From: Bacteriovoracaceae bacterium
Lineage (GTDB): Bacteria > Bdellovibrionota > Bacteriovoracia > Bacteriovoracales > Bacteriovoracaceae
DNA length: 64,000 nucleotides
Direction: 5' to 3'
Assembly: GCA_965217035.1 (NCBI GenBank)
Contig: OZ244226.1
Location: 1,532,146 to 1,596,145, forward strand
The translations under genes were made by a program, and so were the position numbers. The notes beneath the pieces were generated by a model that ran no database searches, was not told the DNA's origin, and worked only from the letters and a program-made list of their open reading frames with translations. Positions 61,380 through 64,000 of this stretch are shown here, piece after piece (within the stretch, counting starts at the first letter, position 1; each line of letters begins with the position of its first letter).

Positions 61380-61916
61380 ATGAGAGAATTAGTTGTTCTA
61401 AGTTGTTCTTTGGTTGCTACCATTGCTTATGCTGGCGGTGGAGCTGGACATGCAACACTAGCAGACCTTGCGCCCCCTGCTTTAAACTTTACGATTCTTT
61501 TTAGTTTTCTTGGTTGGAAACTCACTCCAGTTTTTAGAGGGCATTTCACTTCTAAGCATAAAGAGGTTAAGGAAACAGCTCAAAGAGCTAAAACTTTAAA
61601 ACATGAAGCTCAAATGCAACTTGAGCAGCAAGAGAAGAAAAATCAAACTCTTGATAAAAGAATTGAAGAAATTAAATCTCAGGCTCAAAAAGAAGTTGAG
61701 CAATATAAAGCTGAGAGATCTAAAGAAAACGAAGAAAAAATTTCAAAGCTTAAGCAAGATGCTGAAAGCAAAATCGAAATGCAGAAGCAAGAATACATCT
61801 CTTCTCTTAATGGGGAGCTTGTTAATCTTATCGTTAAAAAAGCGAAAGAAACGGTTAAGTCTGAGGGTGGGCTTAAAGGTGATATTGAAGCGAAGCTTAT
61901 GCAGGGGCTTAAGTAA
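61380..61916 (+). CDS. atpF: ATP synthase Fo subunit b
   Basis: Signal-like N-terminus, LNFTILF..L TM, coiled coil; directly upstream of atpH. Confidence 0.85.
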   Translation: MRELVVLSCSLVATIAYAGGGAGHATLADLAPPALNFTILFSFLGWKLTPVFRGHFTSKHKEVKETAQRAKTLKHEAQMQLEQQEKKNQTLDKRIEEIKSQAQKEVEQYKAERSKENEEKISKLKQDAESKIEMQKQEYISSLNGELVNLIVKKAKETVKSEGGLKGDIEAKLMQGLK

Positions 61917-62452
61917 TGAAAGAAAGAGATATTGCTAAGGTTTATGCCAGTTCGTTAATTGGCTTGTCTAAAAGTGAAAGCTTTAATCTGATCGACGAGC
62001 TTGAAAAGTTTGTTGTTGTTTTGAATTCAAGTGATGATCTTGAAAGTGTTCTTTTCTTTGATGCTTTTACAGAAGAAGAAAAGCTTAATGTTCTTAGTGA
62101 TATTACTGGGAAAATTGGATTAAATAAAATCGTTACAAACTTTCTTTCTTTTCTTGTTACAGAAAAGAGAATGGGACTTTTTAACGTTGTTTATAAAGAG
62201 ATTGTTATTGCTGATGATCATGAAAAAGGTTTTATCCGTGGAACAATCGAAGGGAGTGAAGCTCAAATCGATGAAAGCGTAAAAGCTAAGTTGAAATCCT
62301 TCCTGAAGGAGAAGCTCGGTAAAGAACCTGAGCTTGATTACGTTCAATCGGAAAAAGTTACTGCAGGATATAGAGTAAAGGTTGATGATTACCTGCTCGA
62401 CGCAAGTTTAGATAACCAATTAGAAAGTTTTAAAAAAACCATAATGTTCTAA
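61916..62452 (+). CDS. atpH: ATP synthase F1 subunit delta
   Basis: [30 protein letters not shown]. Confidence 0.92.
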   Translation: MKERDIAKVYASSLIGLSKSESFNLIDELEKFVVVLNSSDDLESVLFFDAFTEEEKLNVLSDITGKIGLNKIVTNFLSFLVTEKRMGLFNVVYKEIVIADDHEKGFIRGTIEGSEAQIDESVKAKLKSFLKEKLGKEPELDYVQSEKVTAGYRVKVDDYLLDASLDNQLESFKKTIMF

Positions 62453-62465
62453 AGAGGAATTATTA

Positions 62466-63986
62466 ATGAGTACGACAACAATTAGACCAGAAGAAATTAC
62501 ATCGATCATTAAAGATCGGATTTCAAACTTCGAATCAAAGCTAGAAGTTAATGAAGTTGGAACAGTCCTTACAATTGGGGACGGAGTTGCTCGAGTTTAC
62601 GGGCTAAAAAATGTTCTAGCCGGAGAGCTTGTTGAATTTGATGAAGGTTCGAAAGGGATGGTTCTTAACCTTGAGAATAACAACGTTGGTGTTGCGGTTC
62701 TTGGGGATGATAAAGGAATTAAAGAAGGATCGACTGTTAAAAGAACAGAAAAGATCGTTGAAGTTCCAGTTGGCGAAGAACTTCTTGGTCGAGTTGTTGA
62801 TCCAATCGGTAATCCACTTGATGGAAAAGGACCGATCAATTCTACAAACTTTAAAAAAGTTGAAACAAAAGCTCCTGGGATTATCGCAAGAAAATCAGTG
62901 CATGAGCCACTTCAAACTGGGATCAAAGCGATCGACTCGATGATTCCAATTGGTAGAGGGCAACGAGAGCTTATCATTGGAGATAGAAAGACTGGTAAAA
63001 CTGCGGTTGCGATCGATACGATCATTAACCAAAAAGGTAAAGACGTTAAATGTGTTTACGTAGCAATCGGACAGAAACAATCGACTGTTCGTCAGGTTTT
63101 CCAAAAGCTAACTGAAGCAGGGGCGATGGATTATACAACAATCGTTTCAGCGACAGCGTCTCAGTCTGCACCTCTACAATTTATTGCACCTTATTCTGGA
63201 TGTGCGATGGGTGAATACTTTAGAGACAATAATCAACATGCACTCATCATCTATGATGATTTAACAAAGCAGTCACAAGCTTATAGACAATTATCACTTC
63301 TTCTTAGAAGACCTCCAGGAAGGGAAGCCTTCCCAGGGGACGTTTTCTATATTCACTCAAGACTTCTCGAGAGAGCATGTAAATTAAGTGATGATCTGGG
63401 AGCAGGTTCATTAACAGCACTTCCAGTTATTGAAACTCAGGAAGGTGACGTTTCTGCTTATATTCCTACAAACGTTATTTCAATTACAGATGGTCAGATC
63501 TACCTTGAGGCAGATCTTTTCAACTCTGGTGTTCGTCCAGCAGTTAACGTTGGTCTTTCAGTTTCAAGAGTTGGTGGTTCAGCACAAGTTAAGGCGATGA
63601 AAAAAGTTGCTGGTACACTTCGACTTGACCTTGCTCAGTTTAGAGAGCTTGCAGCCTTTGCTGCTTTTGGTTCAGACCTTGATGAAGCAACGCAGAGACA
63701 ATTATCACGAGGTAAGGTATTAGTTGAGCTTCTTAAGCAAGGACAGTACGCACCGGTTGATGTTTTCGAACAAGTTGTTGTTATCTTTGCAGGTACCAAA
63801 GGACTTCTTGATAACGTTCCAACTGAGAAAGTAGGTCAGGCAGAGAAGGATCTTTTAGACTTCCTTAATAATAGACATTCAGATGTAATGTCTTCATTAA
63901 GGTCTGAAGGTGCAATTACAGCTGATATTCAATCAAAACTTACTGAAGCAATTAAAAACTTCAATGAGGTTAATAAGTACGAGTAA
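62466..63986 (+). CDS. atpA: ATP synthase F1 subunit alpha
   Basis: [61 protein letters not shown]. Confidence 0.99.
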   Translation: MSTTTIRPEEITSIIKDRISNFESKLEVNEVGTVLTIGDGVARVYGLKNVLAGELVEFDEGSKGMVLNLENNNVGVAVLGDDKGIKEGSTVKRTEKIVEVPVGEELLGRVVDPIGNPLDGKGPINSTNFKKVETKAPGIIARKSVHEPLQTGIKAIDSMIPIGRGQRELIIGDRKTGKTAVAIDTIINQKGKDVKCVYVAIGQKQSTVRQVFQKLTEAGAMDYTTIVSATASQSAPLQFIAPYSGCAMGEYFRDNNQHALIIYDDLTKQSQAYRQLSLLLRRPPGREAFPGDVFYIHSRLLERACKLSDDLGAGSLTALPVIETQEGDVSAYIPTNVISITDGQIYLEADLFNSGVRPAVNVGLSVSRVGGSAQVKAMKKVAGTLRLDLAQFRELAAFAAFGSDLDEATQRQLSRGKVLVELLKQGQYAPVDVFEQVVVIFAGTKGLLDNVPTEKVGQAEKDLLDFLNNRHSDVMSSLRSEGAITADIQSKLTEAIKNFNEVNKYE

Positions 63987-63989
63987 TTC

Positions 63990-64000
63990 ATGGCAAATAT
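63990..64000 (+). CDS. atpG: Probable first codons of ATP synthase F1 subunit gamma (partial)
   Basis: ATG GCA AAT 3 nt after the atpA stop; assigned from synteny only. Confidence 0.5.

Overview
AT-rich bacterial chromosome segment spanning the replication origin. Gene content and order suggest Bdellovibrionota, probably Bacteriovorax/Halobacteriovorax-like (inferred from the split atp and nuo operons, parB-bactofilin-atpF' order, TIGR02147-type regulators and many exported hypotheticals). Left arm: partial TolC, tRNA-Ser, serS, a GYF-TM-TPR protein, a membrane-arm-only nuoAHJKLMN cluster, mfd-ppiC-surA-pdxA-uvrA, a LolA-like/barrel pair, atpIBE, and gyrA-gyrB-recF-dnaN. A DnaA-box-rich oriC lies at about 33.85-34.36 kb. 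The dnaA|rpmH-rnpA-yidC block is inverted relative to the usual order, so dnaA is uncoupled from dnaN and yidC from mnmE. A 14-kb accessory block (38.4-52.6 kb) of mostly exported proteins fills the dnaA-mnmE gap. It holds the best candidates for undescribed biology: (i) two copies of an apparently leaderless TIGR02147/DUF4423-type HTH regulator paired with an exported G[NS]GG...HE-motif protein, (ii) a recurring 17-bp intergenic palindrome TGTYY-N7-RRACA, and (iii) a coupled pair of ~700-aa paralogous exported proteins with BPI/LBP (TULIP)-like features. Right arm: mnmE-mnmG-rsmG-parA-parB (three parS sites inside coding sequence), bactofilin, a lipoprotein/subtilase insertion and atpF'FHA. 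No rRNA, CRISPR array, integrase or transposase was seen. All family calls come from motif recognition by eye, not database searches.
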